Source: Actinomycetota bacterium
GTDB taxonomy: Bacteria > Actinomycetota > Acidimicrobiia > IMCC26256 > JACDBD01
Length of the DNA stretch: 64,000 nt
Assembly (NCBI GenBank): GCA_052390575.1
Contig: JBQTGU010000002.1
Location: 108-64,107, forward strand
Direction of reading: 5' to 3'
The notes under the pieces were generated by a model. It had not been told where the DNA came from, made no database searches, and worked only from the letters and a program-made list of their open reading frames with translations. Each line of letters begins with the position of its first letter. The stretch's first letter is position 1. Below are positions 36,796 to 47,124 of the stretch, piece after piece. Both the position numbers and the translations under genes were made by a program.

Positions 36796-37956
36796 TCAGG
36801 CCGTGAGGCCTGCACCCATCAGGTCGACGAAGTTGTCGCAGTAGAAGCGGCGGCGGGCGTCGTCCGACAGCGGGGCGAGGGAGCGCTCGAAGCGTCCGAG
36901 CGGGTTCCGTCCGCCCTCGACGTGCGGGTAGTCGGACGAGAACATGCAGACCTCGTCGCCCGACTGCTCGACGATCCAGCCCGCGTCCTCGTGCGGGTAG
37001 GGCGTCACCCGCACCTGGCGTCGGATGTACTCGCTCGGCCGCAGCTCCAGCTTCTGCAGCCGCTCCTCGTTCCTTCGGAACGCGTCGGCGGCCGAGTCGA
37101 GCGTGCGCATCAGCCCGGGCAGCCATGACGCACCCTCCTCGATGACCCCCACCTTGAGCCGCGGGAACCGGTCGAGGATGCCGTCGATGATCATCGTGCC
37201 CATCGTCTGCATGACCGGGTACTGGATCGCGATGTAGTCGACCGAGCGGAAGTTGTCGTCGCCGCCGTGGAAGTCGGGGACGGGCGGCAGCCCGTTCTCG
37301 AGGTACGTCGGGTCGATCAGGCGACCGCCGCCTCCGACGTGGAACACGATCGGGATCCCGGCTTCCTGCGCCTGCGCCCACAGCGGATCGAGCCCGATGT
37401 GGCTGGGGGAGTGCCGGCGCGGGCACGCCGACGCGATCATCAGGGCCCGGCAGCCCAACTCGAGCGTCTCGCGGGCGAACGCGGCGGTGCGCTCGAAGTC
37501 GACCACGGGCACGTACCCCACCGGAAGCAGCCGCGGGTCCACCGAGCAGAACTCGACGATGGCCCGGTTGTGCCCCCGGGCCAGGCCGTAGGCGAGGTCG
37601 AGGTCGTCGCCGTGCTCGACCCGCTGCAGCGCCTTGTTGGTGAAGGTGTTGAAGACGAGTTGGCTGGCGAACCCGAGCAGGTCGAGCGCCGCCGGCCGGT
37701 CCTCGGCCAGGAACGAGCCGGTGGCCTCCCAGTTCTTGCGTAGCCAGATCTGCTCGGCGTCGTGGCTGCGGAACTCGGGATCGGCGTGCCGGCGGCGGAA
37801 GTGCTCCACTACCTCGCCGACTTCCTGCTCCACCGGCAGCCGCGTCCCGACGGTCAGCTCCTCGACCCGCTCTCGCACGTCGGGGTCGGCGTACGACGCG
37901 AACAGGTCGGGCGGCTCCATGATGTGGGAGTCGGCGTCGTGGATCACCGCGGTCAC
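36796..37956 (-). CDS. amidohydrolase 2 (ACMSD-like metal-dependent hydrolase) family protein
   Basis: 386 aa starting MTAVIHDADSHIMEPPDLF with later ...FHVGGGG... and ..SDYPH.EG motifs, typical of PF04909-type amidohydrolases. GTG start. Confidence 0.75.
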   Translation of the reverse strand: MTAVIHDADSHIMEPPDLFASYADPDVRERVEELTVGTRLPVEQEVGEVVEHFRRRHADPEFRSHDAEQIWLRKNWEATGSFLAEDRPAALDLLGFASQLVFNTFTNKALQRVEHGDDLDLAYGLARGHNRAIVEFCSVDPRLLPVGYVPVVDFERTAAFARETLELGCRALMIASACPRRHSPSHIGLDPLWAQAQEAGIPIVFHVGGGGRLIDPTYLENGLPPVPDFHGGDDNFRSVDYIAIQYPVMQTMGTMIIDGILDRFPRLKVGVIEEGASWLPGLMRTLDSAADAFRRNEERLQKLELRPSEYIRRQVRVTPYPHEDAGWIVEQSGDEVCMFSSDYPHVEGGRNPLGRFERSLAPLSDDARRRFYCDNFVDLMGAGLTA

Positions 37957-37982
37957 GCCGGCGATCGTACCGATTCACCGTT

Positions 37983-38025
37983 CTCGAGGCCCAGGGGTGC
38001 GGATTCCGCACCTTGCAGCCTCGAG
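37983..38025 (-). terminator. compound hairpin between hppD and amidohydrolase gene
   Basis: Outer CTCGAGGC (37983-37990) / GCCTCGAG (38018-38025); inner GGTGCGG (37996-38002) ATT CCGCACC (38006-38012). It lies 9 nt downstream of the hppD stop on the minus strand. No U-tract. Confidence 0.4.
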
Positions 38026-38033
38026 ATCGTGCG

Positions 38034-39155
38034 TTAGAGGTTGCCCCGCCGGTCCTGCTCCCGCTCGATCGCCTCGAACAGGGCCTTGAAGTTGCCCTCG
38101 CCGAAGCCGCGGGCGCCCTCGCGCTGGATGATCTCGAGGAAGAGGGTGGGCCGGTCGGTGATGCCCTCGGTGAAGATCTGGAGCAGGTGGCCCGACTCGT
38201 CGCGGTCGACGAGGATGCCGAGCTCGGCCAGCGCATCCCAGGGCAGGTCAATTCCCGCGAGGCGCTCCCGGGCCTCGTCGTAGTAGCTCGGAGGGACATC
38301 GAGGAAGCGCAGTCCCCGGCTCCGAAGGACCCGTACCGTCGTGATGATGTCCGACGTGCGCAACGCGATGTGCTGCACCCCGGGCCCGCCGTAGAAGTCG
38401 AGGTACTCCTGGATCTGGCTGGTGCGGAGGCCGGGGGCGGGCTCGTTGATCGGGAGCACGACCGGCCCGTGGTTCCACACGACCGTCGAGCGCAGCGCCG
38501 AGTACTGCGTGGCGATCTGCTCCTCGTCGAAGTGGGTCAGCTGGTCGAGACCGAGCACGGCCCGGTACCAGTCGACCCAGCGCTCGAGCGCACCCTCCTC
38601 CACGTTGGCGACGACGTGGTCGAACGCCTCGAGCCCGACCGGAGCCCCCGCGGGCCGGGGCAGCTGCGCCGATTCGTAGCGCGGGGTATACGGGCCGCGA
38701 TAGCCGTCCCGCTCCACGAACGTGTGCACGGTGTCGCCGTAGGCGGCGACGGTCGCGCGGGTGACCGAACCCCACTCGTCCTGCTCGAGCCACGGGTCCC
38801 AGACCGGCGTCGCCCCCCGGCCGACGGCGGCGGCGAACGCGGCTCGGGCGTCGGGCACAGTGAACGCGACGTCGTGCACGCCGTCGCCATGGGCGCGCAC
38901 GTGCGCCGCGATCGCCGAGGCCGGATGCAGGGCTCCGGTCACGACGATGCGGGCGGAGCCCCGCTCCAGCACGTACGACGCTCGATCGGCTCGGCCGGTC
39001 TCGGGCCCGGCGTAGGCCACGACCTCGAAGCCGAGCACGGAGGCGAAGAACGCCGCTGCTTGGCGGGCGTTGCCCACCCACAGCTCGAGGTGGTCGATCG
39101 CGTCGAGGCGGGGTGGAGCGATCGTGGCGTCGAGCCGGGTCTCGAGCGTCGTCAC
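38034..39155 (-). CDS. hppD: 4-hydroxyphenylpyruvate dioxygenase
   Basis: 373 aa with two VOC modules and C-terminal FGEGNFKALFEAIEREQ..RGNL signature. GTG start overlaps the upstream stop (GTGA 39152-39155). Confidence 0.9.
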   Translation of the reverse strand: MTTLETRLDATIAPPRLDAIDHLELWVGNARQAAAFFASVLGFEVVAYAGPETGRADRASYVLERGSARIVVTGALHPASAIAAHVRAHGDGVHDVAFTVPDARAAFAAAVGRGATPVWDPWLEQDEWGSVTRATVAAYGDTVHTFVERDGYRGPYTPRYESAQLPRPAGAPVGLEAFDHVVANVEEGALERWVDWYRAVLGLDQLTHFDEEQIATQYSALRSTVVWNHGPVVLPINEPAPGLRTSQIQEYLDFYGGPGVQHIALRTSDIITTVRVLRSRGLRFLDVPPSYYDEARERLAGIDLPWDALAELGILVDRDESGHLLQIFTEGITDRPTLFLEIIQREGARGFGEGNFKALFEAIEREQDRRGNL

Positions 39156-39892
39156 CCGGCCACCGTCCGCCGGTCGTCGTCGAGACCGCGCCAGAACGCC
39201 TGCACGCCGTCGAGCATCTCCGACGCGCCGTGGAGGAAGCGGGCTTCATCGAAGCCGTCGGTCTCGAACGCCTCGCGCAGCTCGTCCTCGGTGTGGGCGG
39301 CGTGCTGCTCCTCGAGCGCGTCGTGGAAGGTCCAGAAGCCGAGCGGGAGCTCGGGGCACTCGCGCGCCCTGAACGCCTCGAGCCCGGCGATGAGCTCCTT
39401 CCAGAAGCCGGCCGCGGCCCAGTGCTCGACTCCGAAGGACGCGCCCTCGGCGACGGAGGCGTCCTCGGAGCCGTAGATGCGGAGCAGCTCGTCGCAGAAG
39501 AAGAGCGTGGTCGGGGTGCCGTGACGCCGCTTGCCCAGGTCGGCGAACCCGAGCCCGAGCGGCTCGGCGAACTTCAGCAGCCACTCGAAGTGGGCCGCCC
39601 CGAAGCGGAACGTTCCGCCTTCGACGGAGCCGCGGGCGAACGTCACGCCGAGCTCGTTGAGGAGGATCTCCTTGCCGGCGCGGTAGCCGTCGAGATCGGC
39701 GGCGTTGATGACCTTGCGGAGCTGGGCCTCGACGAAGAGGTGGCTGAACACCGAGAACTGCACCGTGAGGTGGCGGACCTCGTCCCGGGTGGCCTCACCC
39801 TTGGCGAACCAGGTCGTATAGGGGTTGCTCACGACGACGGGGTGGTGGGCGACGACCTCCTCGGCCCGGGACCGGAAGGTTTCGAAGTCCAT
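39152..39892 (-). CDS. heme-oxygenase-like fold iron-containing redox enzyme family protein (TenA/PqqC/CADD-like)
   Basis: MDFETFRSRAEEVVAHHPVVVSNPYTTWFAKGEATRDEVRHLTVQFSVFSHLF...ILLNELGV...HFEWLLKF...FGVEHWAA...ALEEQHAAH has Glu/His spacing compatible with a helical di-metal site. ATG 39892 is preceded by GGGGAAGG; the ORF also allows ATG 39928. Confidence 0.6.
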   Translation of the reverse strand: MDFETFRSRAEEVVAHHPVVVSNPYTTWFAKGEATRDEVRHLTVQFSVFSHLFVEAQLRKVINAADLDGYRAGKEILLNELGVTFARGSVEGGTFRFGAAHFEWLLKFAEPLGLGFADLGKRRHGTPTTLFFCDELLRIYGSEDASVAEGASFGVEHWAAAGFWKELIAGLEAFRARECPELPLGFWTFHDALEEQHAAHTEDELREAFETDGFDEARFLHGASEMLDGVQAFWRGLDDDRRTVAG

Positions 39893-40023
39893 CGCCTTCC
39901 CCTTGTGCTCGGACGATCTGTCCTCCATATTGATACCCGAGCCTACCCGTAGGTCAACACATTGAGGAAGCGATGGTCAGAATGCCCACACGAACGCGCG
40001 ATCATCCGTACAATCTGGGCAGG

Positions 40024-40518
40024 ATGACCAAGCCGATCGACGGCCTGGACGGCCGCCTCATCCGGGCGCTCGCCGACAACCCCCGGACAGGGGTGCTCGA
40101 GCTCGCCCGGATCCTGGGCGTGGCCCGGGGGACGGTGCAGGCCCGCCTCGACAAGCTTCGGAGCCGGGGCGTGATCACCGGCTTCGGTCCCGACGTCGAC
40201 CTGGGCCGGGTGGGCTACGAGGTCGTGGCGTTCACCTCGATCGAGATCGCCCAGGGCCGCCTGGCCGATGTCGTCGCTCACCTCGACGACATCCCCGAGG
40301 TGCTCGAGGTGCACGCGACCACCGGGCAAGGGGATCTGCACTGCCGGGTCGTGGCCCGGACGAACGAGCACCTGCAGCAAGTGGTGAACCGCATCCTCGA
40401 GGTGCAGGGCATCAACCGCACGACGACGGTGATCGCGCTCTCGGAGCAGATCCGGTTCCGGGTGCTCCCGCTGGTCGCGCTGGCGGCCGGATCCGAGAAG
40501 GAGGCTGGCGATGGCTGA
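40024..40518 (+). CDS. Lrp/AsnC family transcriptional regulator
   Basis: LDGRLIRALADNPRTGVLELARILGVARGTVQARLDKL HTH plus a RAM domain. ATG 40024 chosen within ORF 39973..40518. Confidence 0.8.
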   Translation: MTKPIDGLDGRLIRALADNPRTGVLELARILGVARGTVQARLDKLRSRGVITGFGPDVDLGRVGYEVVAFTSIEIAQGRLADVVAHLDDIPEVLEVHATTGQGDLHCRVVARTNEHLQQVVNRILEVQGINRTTTVIALSEQIRFRVLPLVALAAGSEKEAGDG

Positions 40519-41623
40519 AGGGTTCGTGCGACCCCAGTGGGTGAAGGGCACGACGTCGCGACAGGCCCATGTCGGCCTGCCGGAGGGGACAGTCGAGGAG
40601 GAGCACGGACGCGAGGGGTTCAGCGGCCCCGCCAGCCACCTCTACCGGCTTCACCCCCCGACCGGGTGGGTGTCGGTCGACGGGCCGCTCCAACCGGTGG
40701 CGCTCGACACCCGCGGCCTCGCCGGCGACGTCGACGCGCCGCCGGCAGCTTTGCTCGCCAACGACGACGTGCGCATCGGCTGGTGGGCGCGACCGGCGGG
40801 CGAGCCGAGTTGGTTCCTCCGTGACGCCGACGGCGACGTGCTCTACCTGGTGCACGAAGGGGAAGGGCGGCTGGAGACGGAGTACGGACCGCTCGACTAC
40901 CGGCCGGGCGATTTCCTCCTCGTGCCCCGGGGTACCACCCACCGGTTCGTCGCGGGCGCGCCCACCGCCGTGCTCACGGTGGAGGCGCTCGAGGGCGCGC
41001 TGCGCCTTCCCGACCGCGGGTTGCTGGGGCGGCACGCGCTGTTCGATCCCGCGATGGTCGACGTCCCCGAGCCCGAGCCCCGCGACGAAGCGGGCGAGTT
41101 CGAGGTGCGGGTGCTGCGTCGTGGCGCGCTGACGTCGGTCGTATACCCGTTCCATCCTTTCGACGTCGTCGGGTGGAAGGGTGATCTGGCGCCCCTCCGC
41201 CTCCACGTGGACGACTTCCGGCCGGTGACGTCGGCCCGCTACCACCTGCCGCCCTCGGCGCACACGACCTTCGTGGGCGAGGGGTTCGTGGTGGCGACGT
41301 TCGCGCCCCGGCCGTTCGAGTCGGACCCGGAGGCGCTGCGGGTGCCGTTCTTCCACCGCAACACCGACTACGACGAGGTGATCTTCCACCACCGGGGCGA
41401 CTTCTTCAGCCGGGCCGGGATCGAGCCCGGCATGCTCACGTTCCATCCCGCCGGCATCCATCACGGGCCCCAGCCCCAGGCGGTGGAGCGGGCCGCGGCA
41501 AGCCCGCCCGGAGGTTTCGCCGACGAGGTCGCACTGAACGTCGACGCCCGCCGCCCGCTCGCGCTTGCCGCCGCCGCCGACAACGTGAGGGTCGACGGCT
41601 ACGACCGCTCCTGGCGGTCGTGA
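40511..41623 (+). CDS. hmgA: homogentisate 1,2-dioxygenase
   Basis: 370 aa with EEHGREGFSGPASHLYRLHPPT and cupin core, in the context of hppD and an FAH gene. Confidence 0.75.
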   Translation: MAEGFVRPQWVKGTTSRQAHVGLPEGTVEEEHGREGFSGPASHLYRLHPPTGWVSVDGPLQPVALDTRGLAGDVDAPPAALLANDDVRIGWWARPAGEPSWFLRDADGDVLYLVHEGEGRLETEYGPLDYRPGDFLLVPRGTTHRFVAGAPTAVLTVEALEGALRLPDRGLLGRHALFDPAMVDVPEPEPRDEAGEFEVRVLRRGALTSVVYPFHPFDVVGWKGDLAPLRLHVDDFRPVTSARYHLPPSAHTTFVGEGFVVATFAPRPFESDPEALRVPFFHRNTDYDEVIFHHRGDFFSRAGIEPGMLTFHPAGIHHGPQPQAVERAAASPPGGFADEVALNVDARRPLALAAAADNVRVDGYDRSWRS

Positions 41624-41624
41624 C

Positions 41625-42356
41625 GTGCGGCTCCCGCCGCCCACGCAGCCGCCGTCGATCCGCGACTTCTATGCCTTCGAGGAGCACGTCGCGACCGCGC
41701 GTCGGGCGCGTGGGCTCGAGATGGTCCCGGAGTGGTACGAGGCGCCGGTGTTCTACTTCTCGAACCCGCATTCGGTGATCGGGACCGACCAGCCCGTCGC
41801 CGCGCCCCCGGGTTGTGAAGAGCTCGACTACGAGCTCGAGGTGGCGGCGGTCGTGGGGATCGAGGGCCGTGACTTGGATGCCGACGACGCCGAGGGTCAC
41901 ATCGCCGGGTTCACGATCATGAACGACTGGAGCGCCCGCGACCTCCAGCGGCGGGAGATGAAGGTCGGGCTCGGACCGGCCAAGGGGAAGGATTTCGCCA
42001 CGTCACTCGGGCCCTGGCTGGTGCCGCCCGACGAGCTTGCGGACCGGCGGGCGGGCAAGGCCTACGACCTCGCGATGACCGCCCGGGTCAACGGCCGGGA
42101 GTACTCGAGCGGAAACCTCGCCGATCTCCACTGGAGCTTCGGCGAGATGCTCGCCCACGCGTCCCGCGGCACCCGGCTCGTGCCCGGGGACGTCATCGGG
42201 TCGGGGACCTGCGGCACCGGCTGCATCCTCGAGCTGTCGCTCGTGCACGGCTCGGACGAGTACCCGTGGCTCGTGCCCGGCGACGTGGTCGAGCTCGAGG
42301 TCGAGCGACTCGGTGTGCTGAGGAACCCGATCGCCGGAAGAGCCCGGAAGAGCTAG
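41625..42356 (+). CDS. fumarylacetoacetate hydrolase family protein
   Basis: 243 aa with [31 protein letters not shown] and GDVIGSGT motifs of the FAH fold. Confidence 0.8.
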   Translation: MRLPPPTQPPSIRDFYAFEEHVATARRARGLEMVPEWYEAPVFYFSNPHSVIGTDQPVAAPPGCEELDYELEVAAVVGIEGRDLDADDAEGHIAGFTIMNDWSARDLQRREMKVGLGPAKGKDFATSLGPWLVPPDELADRRAGKAYDLAMTARVNGREYSSGNLADLHWSFGEMLAHASRGTRLVPGDVIGSGTCGTGCILELSLVHGSDEYPWLVPGDVVELEVERLGVLRNPIAGRARKS

Positions 42357-44158
42357 GCGAGCCGGCTTTCCAGCTCGGTGAGCTCTTCCCGCAGCTCGGG
42401 CGGGAGCTTCTCGCCGAACGTGTCGAAGTACTCGCGCACGAGCTCGAGCTCGGCCCGCCACTGCTCCGGCTTGACCCGCAGCGCCCGCTCCACCCGCTCG
42501 GGCGGGGTGTCGAGGCCCTCGAGGTTCAGGTCGCTCGCCCGCGGGACGTACCCGATGGGCGTGTCCTCGGCGTCGGCCTCACCCTCGAGTCGCCGGCAGA
42601 TCCACTCGAGGACGCGGGAGTTCTCCCCGAACCCGGGCCACAGGAACTCGCCGTCGTCGTCCCCCTTGCGGAACCAGTTGACGCCGTAGATGCGGGGCAG
42701 CTTCGACTCGTCGGTGCGGCCGGTCATGCTCAGCCAGTGGGCGAAGTAGTCAGCCATGTGGTATCCGCAGAACGGGAGCATTGCGAACGGGTCGCGTCGC
42801 AGCTGCCCCGTGCCGCCGACCGCGGCCGCGGTCATCTCCGATCCCATGGTCGCCCCGACGAACACGCCGTGGCGCCAGTCGCGTGACTCGTACACCAGCG
42901 GGACACAGTGGGCCCGGCGTCCTCCGAAGAGGAACGCCGAGATCGGCACACCCTTCACGTCCTCCCACTCGGGCGCGATCACCGGGCACTGGGCCGCCGG
43001 CACGCAGAACCGCGAGTTCGGGTGCGCCGCCGGCGTGTCGCTCTCGGGCGTCCAGTCGTTGCGGCGCCAGTCGGTGAGGTGCGCGGGCGGGTCGCTCATC
43101 CCCTCCCACCACACGTCGCCGTCGTCAGTGAGCGCGGTGTTGGTGAACACCGTGTTGCGGTCCAGCGTGCGCATGGCGTTGGGGTTGGTCTTCATGTTGG
43201 TGCCGGGGGCCACGCCGAAGAATCCGTGCTCGGGGTTGATGGCGTAGAGGCGACCGTCGGCCCCGAACTTCATCCAGGCGATGTCGTCGCCGACGGTCTC
43301 GGCCTTCCACCCGGGCAGCGTGGGGATGAGCATGGCGAGGTTGGTTTTGCCGCACGCCGACGGGAACGCGGCCGCGATGTAGTGGACCTTTCCCGACGGG
43401 CCGGTGAGCTTGAGGATGAGCATGTGCTCGGCCAGCCAGCCCTCGTCGCGGGCGATGACCGAGGCGATGCGCAGGGCGAAGCACTTCTTGCCCAGCAGGG
43501 CGTTGCCGCCGTAACCCGACCCGTACGACCAGATCTCGCGGGTCTCGGGGAAGTGGACGATCCACTTCTCCTCGTCGTTGCAGGGCCAGGGCACGTCCTC
43601 CTGGCCGGGCTCGAGCGGCGCGCCCACCGAGTGCATGCAGGGAACGAAGTCGCCGTCGCCGAGCACCTCGAGCGCGCCGGTCCCGGCTCGGGTCATGGTG
43701 CGCATGCTGACCGCCACGTAGGGCGAATCGGTGATCTCGACGCCGATGTAGGAAAGCGGCGACCCGAGCGGCCCCATGCTGAACGGGACCACGTACATGG
43801 TCCGGCCCCGCATCGAGCCCCGGAACAGCTCGGTCAGGTGCTCGCGCATCTCGCCCGGGTCCCGCCAGTTGTTGGTGGGGCCGGCGTCGTCCTCGCGCTC
43901 GGAGCAGATGAACGTGCGGTCCTCGACCCGGGCGACGTCGCTGGGGTCGGACGCAGCCCAGTACGAGCCCGGGCGGCGCTTCGGGTCGAGCTCGACGAAC
44001 GTGCCCGACTGCACCAGCTGCTTGCACAGCAGGTCGAACTCCTCGTCGGAGCCGTCGCACCAGTGCACCGCGTCGGGCTGGCAGAGCTCGGCCATCTCGC
44101 CGACCCACGCCAGCAGACGCTGGTTGCTGGTGGGAGGGGCGTTGAGCGCGATGGACAC
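42353..44158 (-). CDS. pckG: phosphoenolpyruvate carboxykinase (GTP)
   Basis: 601 aa with [12 protein letters not shown] kinase-1a motif and overall GTP-PEPCK layout. Stop overlaps the FAH stop (CTAG 42353-42356). Confidence 0.92.
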   Translation of the reverse strand: MSIALNAPPTSNQRLLAWVGEMAELCQPDAVHWCDGSDEEFDLLCKQLVQSGTFVELDPKRRPGSYWAASDPSDVARVEDRTFICSEREDDAGPTNNWRDPGEMREHLTELFRGSMRGRTMYVVPFSMGPLGSPLSYIGVEITDSPYVAVSMRTMTRAGTGALEVLGDGDFVPCMHSVGAPLEPGQEDVPWPCNDEEKWIVHFPETREIWSYGSGYGGNALLGKKCFALRIASVIARDEGWLAEHMLILKLTGPSGKVHYIAAAFPSACGKTNLAMLIPTLPGWKAETVGDDIAWMKFGADGRLYAINPEHGFFGVAPGTNMKTNPNAMRTLDRNTVFTNTALTDDGDVWWEGMSDPPAHLTDWRRNDWTPESDTPAAHPNSRFCVPAAQCPVIAPEWEDVKGVPISAFLFGGRRAHCVPLVYESRDWRHGVFVGATMGSEMTAAAVGGTGQLRRDPFAMLPFCGYHMADYFAHWLSMTGRTDESKLPRIYGVNWFRKGDDDGEFLWPGFGENSRVLEWICRRLEGEADAEDTPIGYVPRASDLNLEGLDTPPERVERALRVKPEQWRAELELVREYFDTFGEKLPPELREELTELESRLA

Positions 44159-44249
44159 GGCCGGCTCCTTGGCAGGGGCTTCCCGAGAGGGTGGCGAGCT
44201 AGCTTACCGGCGGGTACTTCGGCGTTCCCAAACCAGCCGGGGGGCGGAC

Positions 44250-44522
44250 ATGAGCTGGCTGTCGTGGATCATCGTGGGGTTCGTCGCCGGCGCGTGCGCC
44301 AAGGCGGTCACCGGTGTGAAGAATGCCGGCTGCATCGGGACGATCGTGATCGGGATCATCGGCGGGATCGTGGGCGGCGCCATCTTCAAGGCCGCCGGAG
44401 ACGAGGGCATCAACGAGTTCAGCCTCTACTCGCTGTTAGTCGCGTTCGTCGGCGCGACCGTTCTCCTCTTCATCTGGGGCGCACTGACCGACCAGGGCCG
44501 GGGCCGGCGCCAACGGCATTGA
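44250..44522 (+). CDS. GlsB/YeaQ/YmgE family stress-response membrane protein
   Basis: 90 aa: MSWLSWIIVGFVAGACAKAV...IGIIGGIVGGAIF...LLVAFVGATVLLFIW. Confidence 0.8.
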   Translation: MSWLSWIIVGFVAGACAKAVTGVKNAGCIGTIVIGIIGGIVGGAIFKAAGDEGINEFSLYSLLVAFVGATVLLFIWGALTDQGRGRRQRH

Positions 44523-44523
44523 C

Positions 44524-44916
44524 TCAGAAGTACTTGCGGTAGCCCCGGGCCCGCAGTTCGAAGCCCAGTCCCTCGTAGAACGCCCCGACCTCCCGCTCGT
44601 CCGCCGACATCAACTGCACCTTGTAGCAACCGGCGTCCCGGGCTCGTCTCTCCGCCTCCTCCATGAGGGCGCGCCCGACCCCCCGCCCACGCCGTCCTTC
44701 GTCGACGACGACGTTCTCGACCGTCGCCCATGAGGCGCCGTCGTGGGTGAGGTTCGGCGCGATCACGAGATGTAGCGTCCCGACGATCGCGCCGTCGTGC
44801 GCGGCCACCAGCAGCGCGTGGTCGTCGCGAGCCAGGATCTCGCCCAGTGCGCGTCCGGCCGGGTCGGGGTCGGGCGGTGCGTCCTCGGGGTGCAGCTGCG
44901 CGACCAGGCGGAGCAC
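44524..44916 (-). CDS. GNAT family N-acetyltransferase (true start probably upstream, see findings)
   Basis: Acetyl-CoA motif VDEGRRGRGVGRALMEEAERRARDAG. The first canonical start is GTG 44916, but GNAT-like sequence IEVRPARSADLTE continues upstream to the stop at 44968. Confidence 0.75.
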   Translation of the reverse strand: MLRLVAQLHPEDAPPDPDPAGRALGEILARDDHALLVAAHDGAIVGTLHLVIAPNLTHDGASWATVENVVVDEGRRGRGVGRALMEEAERRARDAGCYKVQLMSADEREVGAFYEGLGFELRARGYRKYF

Positions 44917-44967
44917 CTCGGTGAGGTCGGCCGACCGCGCCGGTCGGACCTCGATGCTGCCCAGAGG

Positions 44968-45195
44968 TCAGACCTCGGCGCCGGGGATGCCCATGTCGCG
45001 CTCGGCGCCCGAGCGGACGTGCGTGGCCCGGCCGTCGCCGTCGAGCTCGAACACCACCCGCTGGCCCTGGCGCAGCATCCGGAAGATCGACCCCTGCAGA
45101 GCGTCGAGGGCGAGGGTGAAGCGCTCCTGATCGGTGTCGCGGATGACCATGCCCTCGCGGGTCTGCGGATCGTAGGACGAGATGACGCCCTGCAT
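44968..45195 (-). CDS. small conserved protein with cold-shock/OB-like sequence pattern
   Basis: 75 aa: [63 protein letters not shown] shares its A with the rpmB stop (TGATG). The functional call is weak. Confidence 0.55.
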   Translation of the reverse strand: MQGVISSYDPQTREGMVIRDTDQERFTLALDALQGSIFRMLRQGQRVVFELDGDGRATHVRSGAERDMGIPGAEV

Positions 45196-45383
45196 CAGGG
45201 CTTCGTCACCTTGCCCGACTTCAGGCAGGAGGTGCAGACGTGGATGCGCTTGGGCGTGCCGTTCACGACCGCCCGCACCCGCTGGACGTTGGGGTTCCAG
45301 CGCCGCTTGGTGCGGCGGTGCGAGTGGCTCAGGCGCATGCCGAAGCGCGGCTTCTTGCCGCACAGGTCGCACACCGACGCCAT
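45195..45383 (-). CDS. rpmB: 50S ribosomal protein L28
   Basis: 62 aa: [37 protein letters not shown]...[12 protein letters not shown] 45383 is preceded by GAGG. Confidence 0.9.
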   Translation of the reverse strand: MASVCDLCGKKPRFGMRLSHSHRRTKRRWNPNVQRVRAVVNGTPKRIHVCTSCLKSGKVTKP

Positions 45384-45471
45384 CGCACTACCTCGAGATC
45401 TCGGGAACCGGTCGAGAGTAGCAGTAGGCCTCACGATCAGCCGACGTGACGCCGGTAACATCGCCGACACC

Positions 45472-47124
45472 ATGGCCAAGGTGCTCGACCAGCTGGCGGC
45501 GACCGACTTCCGCGGCGTCGTCGTCGCCTACCGCGACGCGTTGCGGTCGCACCAGGACGAGCTCAACCGGCTCAACGTCTACCCGGTGCCCGACGGCGAC
45601 ACCGGGACCAACATGGCCCTCACCCTCGAGTCGGTCGTGGGGGAGCTCGACGGCGCCGAGGGAATGGCCGAGGTGTGCCGGGCGATCTCACACGGCTCGC
45701 TCATGGGCGCCCGCGGGAACTCCGGCGTCATCCTCTCGCAGATCCTGCGCGGGCTCGCCGACACCTTCTCCGACCTCGATGCCGCCTCCGCCGACGACGT
45801 GGTCGCCGGCCTCCGGCGCGCCGCCGACGCCGCGTACCAGGCGGTGCTGCGACCGGTCGAGGGCACGATCCTCACGGTCGTGCGCGCCGCCGCCGAAGCA
45901 GCCGAGGCCGCCCACGGCGACGGCGCCGAGCTCACCGGCATCCTCGAACGCGTGGAGGTCGCAGCCCACCACGCGGTCGGGCAGACCCCGGAGCTGCTCC
46001 CCGTGCTCAAGGAGGCCGGCGTCGTCGACGCCGGCGGGCGGGGCTTCGAGCTGCTGATCGACGCCTTCCTCCACGTCATCGACGGCCGGCCGGTCCCCGA
46101 GCCCGAGGTGGTCGCGACGCCGCCGGCGGTGGAGGCGCACCTCCATGGCGAAGAGGCGTCGTCGCTGCGGTACGAGGTCATGTACCTCCTCGAGGCGGAC
46201 GACTCCACCATCCCCGCGTTCAAGGACACCTGGGGTGCGCTCGGCGACTCGATCGTCGTCGTCGGCGGCGACGGGCTGTGGAACTGCCACGTCCACACCA
46301 ACGAGATCGGTGCCGCGATCGAGGCGGGCATCGAGGCGGGCCGTCCGGCGAAGATCCGCGTCACCGACCTGGTGGAGCAGGTCGAGGAGGAGCAGTGGGT
46401 CCGCGAGCAGACCGACGTCGGCCCCGGCGACGAGGACACCGCCGAGATCCCGGCGCCGACGGAACCCGTTACCACCGCGGTCGTCGCGGTCGGCGTCGGA
46501 TCCGGTGTCCAGCGCCTCCTCACCAGCCTGGGTGTGCACGCCATCGTCGCCGGCGGCCAGTCGATGAACCCGTCGACCGCGCAGATCCTCGAGGCGGTCG
46601 AGCGCTCTCCGGCCGACAGCGTCATCGTGCTCCCGAACAACAAGAACATCGTCCCGGTCGCCCGTCAGGTCGACGCCCTGTGCGAACGCCGGGTCGAGGT
46701 GGTCCCGACGAACGCGGTAGTGGAGGCGCTCACCGCGCTGGTCGCGTACGACCCCCACGCGCCGCTCGAGTCCAACGTGGCGTCGATGCACGAGGCGGTG
46801 GACCGGGTGCGCACCGGTGAGGTCACGCAGGCGGTGCGCGACAGCGTCGCCGACTGTGGGCCCATCGCGGCGGGCGACTGGATCGCGATCACTCGCAGCG
46901 GCATCTGCGCCGTTGCCCCGTCGGCGGGGGAGGCTGCCATCCGCCTGGTCGAAGAGCTGCTCGACGTCGACAGCGAGCTCGTCACCGTGCTTGTCGGCGC
47001 CGAGGCGCGCCCGGCCGACCGCGTGCGGCTCGAGGAGCACCTGGCCGACGCGCACCCGAAGGTGGAGGTCGAGGTGCACGAAGGCAACCAGCCCCTGTAC
47101 CCGTTCCTTGTCGGGGTGGAGTAA
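45472..47124 (+). CDS. yloV: DAK2 domain fusion protein YloV
   Basis: 550 aa with [15 protein letters not shown] and [12 protein letters not shown] motifs, divergent from rpmB and upstream of recG (conserved arrangement). Confidence 0.85.
   Translation: MAKVLDQLAATDFRGVVVAYRDALRSHQDELNRLNVYPVPDGDTGTNMALTLESVVGELDGAEGMAEVCRAISHGSLMGARGNSGVILSQILRGLADTFSDLDAASADDVVAGLRRAADAAYQAVLRPVEGTILTVVRAAAEAAEAAHGDGAELTGILERVEVAAHHAVGQTPELLPVLKEAGVVDAGGRGFELLIDAFLHVIDGRPVPEPEVVATPPAVEAHLHGEEASSLRYEVMYLLEADDSTIPAFKDTWGALGDSIVVVGGDGLWNCHVHTNEIGAAIEAGIEAGRPAKIRVTDLVEQVEEEQWVREQTDVGPGDEDTAEIPAPTEPVTTAVVAVGVGSGVQRLLTSLGVHAIVAGGQSMNPSTAQILEAVERSPADSVIVLPNNKNIVPVARQVDALCERRVEVVPTNAVVEALTALVAYDPHAPLESNVASMHEAVDRVRTGEVTQAVRDSVADCGPIAAGDWIAITRSGICAVAPSAGEAAIRLVEELLDVDSELVTVLVGAEARPADRVRLEEHLADAHPKVEVEVHEGNQPLYPFLVGVE

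Noticed and set aside
39929-40023. Relatively AT-richer divergent region between the hppD operon and lrp as a possible mobile-element end or small gene.
   Set aside because: It is most simply a shared promoter/operator region for an Lrp-type regulator. It has only a weak 5-bp palindrome (CCTAC-CC-GTAGG), no repeats matching other loci, and no credible ORF.
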